A stretch of 64,000 nucleotides of DNA. Source: an uncultured Muribaculaceae bacterium. Lineage in GTDB: Bacteria; Bacillota_I; Bacilli_A; RF39; UBA660. The stretch spans positions 81,231 through 145,230 of the forward strand of contig CAYOYB010000004.1 of the NCBI GenBank assembly GCA_964408085.1. The letters run 5' to 3'. Shown here in pieces: positions 1 through 10,200 of this stretch (position 1 is the first letter of the stretch; every line of letters starts with the position of its first letter). The notes under the pieces are model-generated. The model ran no database searches. It was not told the DNA's origin and was given only the letters and a program-made list of their open reading frames with translations. The translations under genes were made by a program, and so were the position numbers.

Positions 1-1206
1 TTTATAATCATTGGAAATCGCATATTCTTTAACTTTTTCAACAACCGAAAATTTCTTATCATCAGCGACATTTATCTTAAGTTCACTAGTAGAATAATAT
101 TTATTTATACCGCTTAACCATTCACTTAATGTTTTATCAGAATTACTTAAAACTTCATACATTCTAAGGCCGCCATATATACCATCATCAAAACCTAAAA
201 ATTTATCACGGAAGAAAACATGACCAGAAAATTCACCACCAAAATCAAAATTTCCTTCTTGCATTTTCATATTGCAATATGAATTACCCGTTCTATACAT
301 TACTGGTTCTATATTCAAATTTTTTAATTCATCAATTAATGTTTTAGAACATTTAACATCAAATAAACCTTTACGAACCTTTAAATTTTTATTTAAATAA
401 CGATACATAATTAACATATATAAATCAGCTGCAATAAATTTACCATTTTCATCAACAATCCCAATTCGGTCAGCATCACCATCAATACCAATACCAAAAT
501 CAAACCCTAGTTCAACAACTTTTTTTCCTAAATCTATCATATTACTAGGTATAGATGGGTCCGGATGATGATTTGGAAAATTACCATCACTTTCACAATA
601 TAATGGATAATACTCAATTCCTAATGCATCAAATACATCTTTTATTATAATTGAGCCTGTCCCATTACCACAATCTAAAACGACTCTTAATTTTTTATTA
701 CCTAAATCTAAAGAACTCGTAAGCAATTTTATATAGTTATCCCTTAAATCTTCTTTCTTAACCTGACCTGCTCCATTATCGAAATTTCCTGCTAAAGTAA
801 ACTCCATAAAATCTTGAATATATTTACCATAAGCATTTCCCCAACTTTCAAAAGAAATTTTGAATCCATTATATTCTTTTGGATTATGACTAGCAGTAAT
901 CATAATACTTGTTGGAACATTATATTTAATACGACCATAATAATACATTGGAGTTGTAACAAGCCCTAAATCAATAACATCACTACCACTATCAACTAAA
1001 CCTTTTACTAAAGCATTATGTAAAATTGGTGAAGAAAGACGATTATCATAGCCAACAATTGTTTTGGTGCTATTGTACTTTTTTATATATGTTCCAAAAC
1101 TTCTACCAAGCGTATAAGCAACATCTTCATTTAAATCAGTACCATAGATACCACGAATATCATACTCTCTAAAAATAGATTTATTAATTTCCTTTATTAC
1201 CTTCAT
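1..1206 (-). CDS. phosphoglucomutase/phosphomannomutase family protein (alpha-D-phosphohexomutase); 3' end cut by window edge
   Basis: My own minus-strand translation gives MKVIKEINKSIFREYDIRGIYG... It has the active-site motif TASHNP and the Mg motif DGDADR. An AGGAGG RBS lies upstream of the ATG at 1206. It is absent from the ORF track because it runs off the window. Confidence 0.85.
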   Translation of the reverse strand, partial: MKVIKEINKSIFREYDIRGIYGTDLNEDVAYTLGRSFGTYIKKYNSTKTIVGYDNRLSSPILHNALVKGLVDSGSDVIDLGLVTTPMYYYGRIKYNVPTSIMITASHNPKEYNGFKISFESWGNAYGKYIQDFMEFTLAGNFDNGAGQVKKEDLRDNYIKLLTSSLDLGNKKLRVVLDCGNGTGSIIIKDVFDALGIEYYPLYCESDGNFPNHHPDPSIPSNMIDLGKKVVELGFDFGIGIDGDADRIGIVDENGKFIAADLYMLIMYRYLNKNLKVRKGLFDVKCSKTLIDELKNLNIEPVMYRTGNSYCNMKMQEGNFDFGGEFSGHVFFRDKFLGFDDGIYGGLRMYEVLSNSDKTLSEWLSGINKYYSTSELKINVADDKKFSVVEKVKEYAISNDYK

Positions 1207-1370
1207 TTAATAACCTCCTACCTTATATAAATTGTATCATAGATAGACCAATATTAAAATAATAAATTTTATTTAAATTTTAGATTGCTATTTTTAAATT
1301 TTAATGTTATTATAACTCTCAAAAGATTTACTATACTGAGTAAAAATAATGTTAACGAAAGAGCGATTTT

Positions 1371-2354
1371 ATGAAAATAGATAATAATTTATTAAATGAA
1401 TTAGGAAATAGTAATACTAGTATTATTAAAGTTTTAGAAGATAATGAAGTTTATGAAAAAAATAGTATTAATAAAATATTTAGTTATGCTATAACAAACT
1501 GGAAAAATAGTGATAGAATTGATGATTTAATTATATTCGCACATAAATATGATTATTTAAAAAGATTAATAAATAATAAAAAATTTAGTGATACAATTAT
1601 AAATTCCAAATTTCCTCTAATTAAATTAAAAGCATTAGTCAAAAATAATACTGAAATATATAAAAAAATTATGTTAAAAATAAATGAAAATAAAAAATTA
1701 TTTATTAAAAAAACCGTTAATTACTCCATAAGCAAGCACTTCAATATAACAGAAATTAATAAATCGATGTTAAAATTAATCCAAGAAATAATTTTTATGA
1801 TTATTGAAGAAATTGCCAAAAATGAAAATGAAGATATATGTAACTTAGAATTGATAGGAGAAGGTGATTTTTCACTTGTCTATTCTATTGGGGATAAAAT
1901 CATAAAAATTGGTAGCAAACGAGCAACACCAAAATTTCCAAATAACCCATATATTGTTAAACCTCTATTAAGAAAATCCATACCGATTAATGATAATAAT
2001 GATATAGTATTTATTGAAGTCTGCGAAAAAATTAAAACTAATTGCTGCACTGAAGAAGATGTCTATAAACTTTATAAAAGTTTAAGAGAAATTGGATTAA
2101 TTTGGATGGATCCTAAAAAAAGTAATGTTGGTAAATTAATTAAAGACAACAAAATTTATTGGAATAGCAATTTAAATCCTTCTGACAAAGCTTTAATGTT
2201 AGATGAATATGTAGAAGATACTGAATTAAAAGCAGGAGACCCTGTAATTTGTGATGCCGATTTAATATATACATATAGTAAGAAAATGAATATTCAAAGA
2301 GTTGCTAAATTTGAACTTAAATATAGGGATGAGAAACGGAAACAAAAAGATTGA
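1371..2354 (+). CDS. hypothetical protein with protein-kinase-like motifs in the C-terminal half
   Basis: 327-aa ORF. Motifs: Gly-rich-loop-like GEGDFSLVY, then IIKIG (Lys), catalytic-loop-like WMDPKKSNVG (D-x-K-x-x-N), then CDAD. The N-terminal ~150 aa is unrecognisable. Confidence 0.45.
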   Translation: MKIDNNLLNELGNSNTSIIKVLEDNEVYEKNSINKIFSYAITNWKNSDRIDDLIIFAHKYDYLKRLINNKKFSDTIINSKFPLIKLKALVKNNTEIYKKIMLKINENKKLFIKKTVNYSISKHFNITEINKSMLKLIQEIIFMIIEEIAKNENEDICNLELIGEGDFSLVYSIGDKIIKIGSKRATPKFPNNPYIVKPLLRKSIPINDNNDIVFIEVCEKIKTNCCTEEDVYKLYKSLREIGLIWMDPKKSNVGKLIKDNKIYWNSNLNPSDKALMLDEYVEDTELKAGDPVICDADLIYTYSKKMNIQRVAKFELKYRDEKRKQKD

Positions 2355-2379
2355 TATAGTTAAATATCAATCTTTTTTA
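2344..2379. terminator. bidirectional rho-independent terminator between convergent genes
   Basis: 11-bp perfect stem AAGATTGATAT/ATATCAATCTT (2347-2357 / 2364-2374), flanked by an A-run and a T-run. Confidence 0.7.
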
Positions 2380-4443
2380 AAATGGATTAGCCATAATCTC
2401 TTCTAAATCAAAATAGAAACCAAATTCTTGATAATAATTATCACCTATTTTAGCATGTTTTGTTTCAACATTTTTACCACCTAATGATTCATAAAATTTT
2501 ATAGATTCATCATTATCAGAAACACACCAAACAATCATATTTCTTTTTTGTTGATTCAAAAGTTCTTTAACAGTTTCTTTAAACAAACTTGTTCCTATAC
2601 CTTTTCCTTTATAATCTGGTTTAATATATAAACTAACTAGTTCGGCATCGTATTTATCATCTTGCTTTTTTAAATCAAAACAAGAATATCCTAAAACTTC
2701 ATCATCCTTTACAGCTACTAAAACTAAATCTTTATATTCTTCAAAACTTTTTATATAACGTTCTGTTTGACTCTCATAATCCAATGCTTTTAAATATTTA
2801 GAAGCGATAATTCTATCATAAGCAGTACGCCATCCATCGACTTTAATTTGTGCCATTTGTTTCTGATCTTTTAACTCATTTTTTCTAATGACATATTGAT
2901 CAGCTGGTGTCAAATATGATAATGCTTTATTCATTTGAGAAAAAGCTAAAATTATTTTTTCATCTTCGATTGCGTAAGATACTCTAGCAATTAATTCATC
3001 CTTATAAGGCCAACTAACCGATTGTCCAACTAAAAATCTAATACGAGAAGTTTTATAAAAGAATTTAAGTAAATCATTTTCACTAGTAATGCTTGTGCCT
3101 TTATATTTCATTCCCTTTAATTTAGTAAAATCAAGTAGAGCAAAGAAACCCGCTTCTGGCTCTAAATTTTCTGGAAAATCTACATAAGGTAATCCCTGTA
3201 AAACTTTTTTTAATTCTTTTTCATCAGTAACTGTATTTTTAATTTCCAATTCAATTTGCTCAGCCATATCAGAATCTTTTATGCTATCAATACCATTAAC
3301 TAAAGCCTTTAATAAATTAAATTTGTAAATATAAATCTGTCTTAACTTTGAAAAGTATTTTTCATAAATTTTTTCTCGTTTAGGCGTAACGTTAAATGCC
3401 CCTGCTAAAGCACGCCCAACTATATCGGGTGAAGAATCCATACCTTGAAAGATTCGATTTATTAATTCCCTTATAATTATTTCATCAGCTACAACAAAAC
3501 CTGCTCGTAAACTAGCTAAGCCATAACTTTTTGATAATCCAAATAAAGAAATTGTATTACGAAACATACCTGGTAACGTTGCAATAGGTTTAGCTATATT
3601 TGATGCATCATAAGTTAAATCACGATAAACTAAATCATCAATTACAAAAACACCACGTTCTAAACAAACATTCCCAATTTCTTTTAAAAGTTCTACTTCT
3701 TTTTCACCCATTACCTTGCCAGTTGGATTATTAGGGTTAGCATTTAAAAAAGCAACAACACGAGGTACATATCCTTTTCTTCTATTATAAACTTTCTGCA
3801 AACTTTCATTAATGTCATCAATTTTTGAAGCTAATTTTTGAGGATTGACTAACCAATTATCCTCTTTGTCTAAATCAAGAATTTCAACTTCTGCTCCTGC
3901 CCTTTCAGCTCTTATCGTAAACAAACCATAATTAGGACCTGTTGTTAAAACAACATCACCTGGCTTTGAAATTATATTTATAATCATATTAAAAGCAATA
4001 GAAGTGGAAGGCAAAAAAGTAATATTATGAACAGATAAACCCTTATCGTCTATATCGCTATAAGCATAAGGATGATCATTAAAAAATCCTTCCTTTTCAA
4101 TATAATCTAATAAAACTTTTCGAATATTATCATCACCTTCAGTATAAGGGTATTTATACATAGAAGCCGAATCTAAAGCTTTTTTCATTTCTTCAATAGA
4201 TAAAGGAAAAGGTTCATAATTTGTTGGATTTCCACTACCTAAATCAATATCTGGTATTGTCGTAATATTTTCATCTCTTACTTCATAACCATAAAAATCA
4301 ATAGCGTCAGCTATATTTTGAACAGTTGGATTAAATTTTTCACCATCTAATCTACCACCAATATAAGGTAAACCAAACCTACGATCTGCTAAATTTGGAT
4401 TTTCTCTTAACATTCTATCAATCGCATTTGACTTTATTAACAT
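2377..4443 (-). CDS. class I/II PLP aminotransferase fused to a C-terminal GNAT acetyltransferase
   Basis: 688 aa. NPNNPTG and SKSYGLASLRAG (PLP-lysine motif) lie in the first ~520 aa. The last ~165 aa carry GNAT motif A (KPDYKGKGIGTSLF). Confidence 0.75.
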   Translation of the reverse strand: MLIKSNAIDRMLRENPNLADRRFGLPYIGGRLDGEKFNPTVQNIADAIDFYGYEVRDENITTIPDIDLGSGNPTNYEPFPLSIEEMKKALDSASMYKYPYTEGDDNIRKVLLDYIEKEGFFNDHPYAYSDIDDKGLSVHNITFLPSTSIAFNMIINIISKPGDVVLTTGPNYGLFTIRAERAGAEVEILDLDKEDNWLVNPQKLASKIDDINESLQKVYNRRKGYVPRVVAFLNANPNNPTGKVMGEKEVELLKEIGNVCLERGVFVIDDLVYRDLTYDASNIAKPIATLPGMFRNTISLFGLSKSYGLASLRAGFVVADEIIIRELINRIFQGMDSSPDIVGRALAGAFNVTPKREKIYEKYFSKLRQIYIYKFNLLKALVNGIDSIKDSDMAEQIELEIKNTVTDEKELKKVLQGLPYVDFPENLEPEAGFFALLDFTKLKGMKYKGTSITSENDLLKFFYKTSRIRFLVGQSVSWPYKDELIARVSYAIEDEKIILAFSQMNKALSYLTPADQYVIRKNELKDQKQMAQIKVDGWRTAYDRIIASKYLKALDYESQTERYIKSFEEYKDLVLVAVKDDEVLGYSCFDLKKQDDKYDAELVSLYIKPDYKGKGIGTSLFKETVKELLNQQKRNMIVWCVSDNDESIKFYESLGGKNVETKHAKIGDNYYQEFGFYFDLEEIMANPF

Positions 4444-4571
4444 AATACTCCTCCTAAATTTATTAACGTTAATATAATTATAGCAAAAATAAATAAATTG
4501 TTGAACGAAAATAAGTTATTTAACATCACAAATAATAATAAATTATATAAAATATGATGAAGGAGGAATTT

Positions 4572-5498
4572 ATGTATACCATTGATAAAAAATTTATTGA
4601 TTTAATAAATTTAATTAAAAATCAAAGTTTAGAAGAAGTATATAGTCATATTAAAGACTGTTTTGATAAAATACATCCAAGTATTCAAGCATCATTAGAA
4701 GATTATTTTAAAAAATTTGATTATTGGGGAAAACTAATTATATCTGAAAATAATTATGAAGAATTATATAATCGTGCCGAATCATTAAAAAATCATATTG
4801 ATGATTATATCTTTCTATATGACAAATTAGAAGATTATCGTTCAAAAAAATTACTATTTGCCATATTAAATAATTGGTATAATTTCGATTTTGAAACTCT
4901 AAAAACTAGCAATGAAACTAATTATTTACACTACTTTGACGTCGATTTAATTAAATGTGATACTAATGAAGTAATAGTAGATTTAGGTGCCTATATAGGT
5001 GACACTATTATTGATTACCTAAATACTTATGGAACCAATAATTATAAAAAAATATATTGTTATGAAATTACTGAAGAAAGTTTTGAGAACTTAAAAAATA
5101 ATTTAGCCTATTATCCTAATATAGAATTTATAAAAAAGGCAGTTGGAAATGAAATTGGCAATCTATATATAAATAAAAGTTCAGTTGACAATTCTGCTAA
5201 CACAATTAGTGATGAGGGTGAAATTGCTATTCCTGTTACAACCTTAGATGAAGATATTAAAGACCAAATAACCATGATAAAAATGGATATTGAAGGTTCA
5301 GAACAAAAAGCATTAGAAGGTTGCAGGCAACATATCATAAATGAGCACCCAAAATTATTAATCTCTGTTTATCATAATCATGAAGATTTATGGAAAATAC
5401 CAAAAATGATTAATGAAATGTCTAATGATTATAAATTTCATTTAAGGTATTATGGTAATAACATTTTTCCAACAGAGATTGTTTTAATCGCAATCTAA
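4572..5498 (+). CDS. FkbM-family SAM-dependent methyltransferase
   Basis: Motifs VDLGAYIGDT and IKMDIEGSEQKAL are typical of FkbM. The start is moved to the ATG at 4572 (MYTIDKK), preceded by GAAGGAGG. The track start at 4554 lies inside the RBS. Confidence 0.75.
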   Translation: MYTIDKKFIDLINLIKNQSLEEVYSHIKDCFDKIHPSIQASLEDYFKKFDYWGKLIISENNYEELYNRAESLKNHIDDYIFLYDKLEDYRSKKLLFAILNNWYNFDFETLKTSNETNYLHYFDVDLIKCDTNEVIVDLGAYIGDTIIDYLNTYGTNNYKKIYCYEITEESFENLKNNLAYYPNIEFIKKAVGNEIGNLYINKSSVDNSANTISDEGEIAIPVTTLDEDIKDQITMIKMDIEGSEQKALEGCRQHIINEHPKLLISVYHNHEDLWKIPKMINEMSNDYKFHLRYYGNNIFPTEIVLIAI

Positions 5499-5527
5499 AA
5501 AAGTTTGATCAATTTCAAACTTTTTTA
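5497..5527. terminator. bidirectional hairpin terminator
   Basis: Stem AAAAAGTTTGA/TCAAACTTTTT between convergent genes. Confidence 0.65.
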
Positions 5528-6217
5528 ATAAAACATATTTATAAAAATTGCTATAAAAGCAGCCATATTAAAGAAGAAGCTTACATATATAATCCATTCA
5601 CGTTTTTTATGATTATCATGAATTAAGCGATATATTTCTGTAGTAGCTAAGACAATATTTAATATTATAAACCATAAAATATTATCCCTACTTGAACTAA
5701 TATAGGTAATAGTTGGAATTATGGTACAAATACTAATATAAAAACAAGTAAGACTAATTGCACTATATTTTGATTCTTTCTTTTCCATATTTATTTTTCG
5801 GTAAATTAAAATTAATAATAATAGTACCCCAAAATATAAACAATTTTGATTCATATAATTTATATTAATATTCTTAATAATATCAAGATTAATATTATTT
5901 AAAGGATTGCCTGGATTCATTTCAAGTAGAATATCATAATAAGATGAATTATATAAAAAGGAAGGATCAAAAATAGCACGACAACTAATAAATATTATTA
6001 ATAATTCTACAAAAATACATAATAAATTATAAACATTATCAAAATTAATTTTATTGTGTTTTAGAAAATCTTTTATCATTAACAATAGAATGACAATATA
6101 AAACAATAAATAAATTATATATTGTTGACATAAACCAAATATATGAATATAAATAGTATTTAAAACTAATAGTATTAAACATAAAACTAATTTTAAAATA
6201 TTCAAGATTTTATTCAT
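5525..6217 (-). CDS. polytopic membrane protein, unknown function
   Basis: Multiple hydrophobic segments. The likely start MNKILNIL at 6217 follows AAGGTAGGTGG and overlaps the end of the upstream HTH gene. Confidence 0.6.
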   Translation of the reverse strand: MNKILNILKLVLCLILLVLNTIYIHIFGLCQQYIIYLLFYIVILLLMIKDFLKHNKINFDNVYNLLCIFVELLIIFISCRAIFDPSFLYNSSYYDILLEMNPGNPLNNINLDIIKNININYMNQNCLYFGVLLLLILIYRKINMEKKESKYSAISLTCFYISICTIIPTITYISSSRDNILWFIILNIVLATTEIYRLIHDNHKKREWIIYVSFFFNMAAFIAIFINMFY

Positions 6218-7136
6218 CAATACCACCTACCTTAATAACCATCTTCGTTAAATGATAATACATTTCCGTCATATAATCATACATATATACTCTTGTAGGT
6301 ATTTTAAATTGATCTGTATTATACTGATAATCAAAAAAACTAGGTACTCTATATTTATAAGCAACATCAGTTTCTGAATATGTATCATTACCTAAATACA
6401 TAATTACTGTTAACATTTTAGTATATAAATTTATATCATCTTCAATGCTTTTATCATAACTTTTTAAAATAAGTATTACATTGTACATATTTAATTTAAA
6501 TGGCAAAGATTTATCCAATATATATATATCATGTAAATTACAATCTTTTAATCCATCATACTTTAATAATGGCATATTTTTATAATTATCAAAAGTTGTA
6601 TCAAAATAATTAATAATTGCATGATAATCATCATCATTAAATATACCCTGATTATTTTTTATAATATTTATATTATCCTCAATATTATCAATGGTTTTCT
6701 TTAACTCTATTATATAATTACTGTCAAAATCATATTCATACCTTTTGTTTAAATAAATGATATGATTAATATTTAAAATAACTAAAAAACCGCCCAAAAT
6801 AATTATTAAGATAGTTATTAATTTTGAAAATATCTTTTTAACATTGTTTGTATTATTATAATCAGAATACTTAATAGTATCATGTACATAATCATTCATA
6901 TCAGTTATTTTGATAATTTCATCTTCAATCATTCTACCTTTTAAAATTTCCAATATTGACACATCTAACTCTTTTGATAATATTTCAAGTATTGAAACAT
7001 CGGGGCAGCCTAAACCTCGCTCCCATTTAGAAACGGCTTTATCAGTCACACCTAATTTTAAAGCCAAATCTTTTTGGGTTAAACCTTTTTCTTTCCTTTT
7101 TATAGCTATAAAATTACCTATTTTATCATAATTCAT
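6210..7136 (-). CDS. XRE-family HTH protein with a transmembrane segment and an extracytoplasmic domain
   Basis: HTH: LTQKDLALKLGVTDKAVSKWERG. TM segment: LITILIIILGGFLVILNI. The start at 7136 (MNYDKIGNF) follows AAGGAG. Confidence 0.75.
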   Translation of the reverse strand: MNYDKIGNFIAIKRKEKGLTQKDLALKLGVTDKAVSKWERGLGCPDVSILEILSKELDVSILEILKGRMIEDEIIKITDMNDYVHDTIKYSDYNNTNNVKKIFSKLITILIIILGGFLVILNINHIIYLNKRYEYDFDSNYIIELKKTIDNIEDNINIIKNNQGIFNDDDYHAIINYFDTTFDNYKNMPLLKYDGLKDCNLHDIYILDKSLPFKLNMYNVILILKSYDKSIEDDINLYTKMLTVIMYLGNDTYSETDVAYKYRVPSFFDYQYNTDQFKIPTRVYMYDYMTEMYYHLTKMVIKVGGIDE

Positions 7137-7259
7137 GATTTCACTCCTTACCCTAAAATTAGTATAACAATAAAAATATTTTTTTAGCAACCGACTAAAC
7201 GTAGATACTTAACTTTTAATCAATATTAATAAAAAAAGCTACTTTTAAAGCAGCATATT

Positions 7260-7487
7260 TTATTTATCATCTTTTTGAAATTCTATCCTTCGTATTAATT
7301 TGCTATTAGCTATATCTAAATCTAAAAAATCATTTTCTAAATTATTATTTAATATTTCTAATAACTCACTTATCTTTTGTGATATTTCGTTAGGAAGATC
7401 ACAACTATAATTATAATATATAAGACTTATAATATTATATATTGTTAAAACGTTTTCATTTATTTCAATATCTTTAGTTATCTTCAT
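7260..7487 (-). CDS. hypothetical small protein
   Basis: 75-aa ORF, divergent from the XRE gene. No recognisable motif. Confidence 0.4.
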   Translation of the reverse strand: MKITKDIEINENVLTIYNIISLIYYNYSCDLPNEISQKISELLEILNNNLENDFLDLDIANSKLIRRIEFQKDDK

Positions 7488-7664
7488 TTTATTTATCCTT
7501 TCATATATATATTGATATATTTAAAAAATTCTAATCGTAGGTTTTATAAATTTATATCTTCTATATCATATATTATAACATAAAATAGCAAAAATGTATA
7601 ACTGATAGTAGCAAATAGCTAATATTATTCCTATTTGATGTAAAAATTAATATAGGTGATATAT

Positions 7665-8111
7665 ATGATAAGTTTTAAAAGACTAAGAAATATTAGAGAA
7701 GATAATGATATGAAACAAGAAACAATTGCTAATATATTAGGAGTAAATCGTTCTACTTACTCATTATGGGAATTAGAAGTTAATATTATGCCTTTAGATA
7801 AATTATGTAAATTTGCAGCCTATTTTAATACTAGTATTGATTACGTATTAGGATTAACAAATGATAAAACTAATAATAGAGTTATTAAAAATTTTAATAC
7901 TAAAATTCTAGGCGATAATCTAAAATATTTAAGAATAAAAAATAATTTATCACAAGATAATGTAGCAAAGGTATTAAATGTAACACAAGCTTGTATTGTT
8001 AGATATGAAAAAGGATTAATTTGTATTTCTATTGCTAACTTATATAAATATTCTAAATTATTTAAAGTTTCAATGAATGATTTATGTAATGAAATGAAAA
8101 ATAAAAACTAG
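7665..8111 (+). CDS. XRE-family transcriptional regulator with two tandem HTH domains
   Basis: Two HTH_3-like units (QETIANILGVNRSTYSLWE and QDNVAKVLNVTQACIVRYE). An AGGTGA RBS precedes the ATG at 7665. Confidence 0.8.
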   Translation: MISFKRLRNIREDNDMKQETIANILGVNRSTYSLWELEVNIMPLDKLCKFAAYFNTSIDYVLGLTNDKTNNRVIKNFNTKILGDNLKYLRIKNNLSQDNVAKVLNVTQACIVRYEKGLICISIANLYKYSKLFKVSMNDLCNEMKNKN

Positions 8112-8127
8112 CATGCTAGTTTTTTAT
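8103..8127 (+). terminator. rho-independent terminator
   Basis: Palindrome AAAACTAGCATGCTAGTTTT followed by a T-run. Confidence 0.7.
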
Positions 8128-8372
8128 TTTCGATTAATATTTTTAGAATAACCTTTACCTAGTAAATCTATTTCAGTTAATGGTTGCGATTCTACTATGC
8201 AATTATTTAGAAGAATAATAAATGGTTATAGTGGTTCTAATACTTCTTTTAGTAGATATTTTTAAAATTCTCCTATATTACGACCTAACCTAGCAACTTC
8301 ATAATTTAAAAGAAAATCTTCTCTCTTATCTGTTCTATTTTTAATAACAAATGTCCACACCTCATACAACAT
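8128..8372 (-). pseudogene. decayed serine recombinase (resolvase/invertase) remnant
   Basis: My own translation, one frame with two in-frame stops: MLYEVWTFVIKNRTDKREDFLLNYEVARLGRNIGEF*KYLLKEVLEPL*PFIILLNNCIVESQPLTEIDLLGKG. The part EDFLLNYEVARLGRN aligns with the resolvase motif GD-LVV-KLDRLGRS. The N-terminal catalytic Ser region is missing. Confidence 0.5.
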
Positions 8373-8545
8373 ATGTATTGACATGTATAAATTTTTCAAT
8401 TATTGTTTCCAAATAATATAATCTCTTATTGTGTTATACTTGTCTAATTTTTATTTATTTTCTTGGATTATATAAAAATTCAACATTTGTAAGAAATATT
8501 TTAATTTTTTTAGAAATAACAATTATAGTCTCATTTTATCCAAAT

Positions 8546-9007
8546 TTAAATATCTTTACTTTTTGTTTTAACTTTATTTTCATCTGACTCTCTTTTTAAT
8601 TTAATTAATTCATCTTTCGATAAAGATGTAAGACGTGAAACCAATTCTAATGCTATATTATCATCTAAACCATAATTAACATATGCCCCTCTTAAATAAA
8701 AATTTGCCGCCCTAGTTCTATAATCTACATTATCATATTCTTCATGTAAATATGAAACTTCTTCTTCATATTGTTTCCTAAGATCACTATGACATTTAAT
8801 TAAACTTTCTATAGAATAATTTTGGGTGAACGAATTAAATTGACTTGTATTAAATGTCAAAGCAACATATATAAAAATATCATGTAATAAGTAGTTTGCA
8901 AGATTGTCTCCTTCTTGTATTCCAAAATTGTAACCTAACTCCCTCATTTTAGATATATACTTTTCAGCTTGTATCTTAGCTTCATCATGCGTCAATCTTT
9001 TAATCAT
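8546..9007 (-). CDS. hypothetical protein
   Basis: ORF with an AAGGAGG RBS before MIKRLTHDEAK (start 9007). No motif recognised. Confidence 0.5.
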   Translation of the reverse strand: MIKRLTHDEAKIQAEKYISKMRELGYNFGIQEGDNLANYLLHDIFIYVALTFNTSQFNSFTQNYSIESLIKCHSDLRKQYEEEVSYLHEEYDNVDYRTRAANFYLRGAYVNYGLDDNIALELVSRLTSLSKDELIKLKRESDENKVKTKSKDI

Positions 9008-9089
9008 AAAAACATTCCTCCTTAACATTTATAATTAACTATTAATTACTATATATTGATAATAATTTCACCATTTTATAGATAACAAT

Positions 9090-9377
9090 TTATAAATTAT
9101 AATTTGTATCTTTAATTTTATATAATACCAATTCATATAAAATCTCTTTTGTTAAATCATCTTTAGTATATTTTTTACCATTTTGAACATTTTCTATAGT
9201 AAAATCTACTTCTAATAATTTTTTTCTATAAAAATCATGTTTAGGATATACAGAAGCAGATGCCAATATCCACATAGAAATAATTTTATTTCTAACTTTA
9301 GTACTAAAATATTCCCCACAACTATCAAAATAATATAATGCTATATCTATATTTCTAATACACTCTTCTAAATGCAT
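9090..9377 (-). CDS. hypothetical protein (possibly 5'-truncated)
   Basis: 95-aa ORF. The frame stays open about 60 nt upstream of the ATG without a start codon, and neighbouring frames carry fragments. Confidence 0.4.
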   Translation of the reverse strand: MHLEECIRNIDIALYYFDSCGEYFSTKVRNKIISMWILASASVYPKHDFYRKKLLEVDFTIENVQNGKKYTKDDLTKEILYELVLYKIKDTNYNL

Positions 9378-9722
9378 ATTAGTTATGCCTTTTTCTTTTC
9401 TAATATCATTAAATTCCTTTTCTGATATATTAATTTTAATATATCAAATATTATATAAGGCTTCTCGAATAGTTTTAAAATATCTTCAGAAGTTAAAGTA
9501 TATATCGCGACTTTTGGCATATTCAGTTAATAACTCATTTTCACAATACAATTGTTCAACTAACATGTTCATTCTCTTATAAATAGACGATTTCTTAATA
9601 CAAATTTTAACATATCTATTTTAACACCTTTTATCAAATACCACAATAAAATTAAGTATTAAATTTTATTATACTAAAAATTTAAAATTATAAGATTATA
9701 ATTGCCTTTTTTTGATTAAAAC

Positions 9723-9746
9723 AAAAAAATCTAGTTGCTCTAGATC
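9723..9746 (-). terminator. small hairpin terminator downstream of the 82-aa gene
   Basis: Stem ATCTAG/CTAGAT, with a T-run on the minus strand. Confidence 0.4.
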
Positions 9747-9834
9747 TTATATTAACGATAACTAAAAAAACATTTCATAAGTCATAGTAAAAAGTGCTTT
9801 CCAAACTCTTTGCTACTACTTACCTTTCGTTTTC

Positions 9835-10083
9835 TTATTTCTTTTTTCCACCCATTGACTCTTTTAAAACAAAACCTGCTGCTACATAATCGTCATCCAA
9901 AACAGCATTAATTTTAGCAATTGTTTCCTCTCTTACATCACAATAATCAAGCATTTCTAATTGTGTAGAAAGTTCTATTGCCCAACTAAGATTTTGTAAA
10001 TACTTTTCTCTCTTTTCCTTTGGAACGCTATCCATTACAAGGGAATTTCTGTTAATTTTTGACAAGTAATGTTCTTCATTCAT
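9835..10083 (-). CDS. hypothetical protein
   Basis: 82-aa ORF. No motif recognised. Confidence 0.45.
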   Translation of the reverse strand: MNEEHYLSKINRNSLVMDSVPKEKREKYLQNLSWAIELSTQLEMLDYCDVREETIAKINAVLDDDYVAAGFVLKESMGGKKK

Positions 10084-10200
10084 TGTTAAATTCCTTCTTT
10101 CTTTTCTATCTTAAATTATAAAATATATCAGAACTTTAATAAACTATAGTAATGTTAATTATAAGCAAAAACTTAAATAAGTTCCCAGTTCTTGATTTTC

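Noticed and set aside
5111-5338. 75-aa track ORF antisense to the FkbM methyltransferase gene.
   Set aside because: It lies entirely inside a well-supported CDS on the opposite strand. It has a low-complexity hydrophobic composition and no RBS.
6910-7131. 73-aa ORF antisense to the XRE/TM gene. The same reasoning covers ORFs 10289..10525, 12985..13197, 29497..29850 and 30095..30277.
   Set aside because: All are embedded antisense in strongly supported genes (HTH protein, MazG-like, amidase, HtrA, Abi). They are Ser/Leu/Phe-rich mirror-frame artefacts of AT-rich coding DNA.
9385-9582. 65-aa plus-strand ORF in the remnant region.
   Set aside because: It has no RBS and an odd composition. The minus strand here carries frame-shifted gene fragments instead (see the remnant finding).
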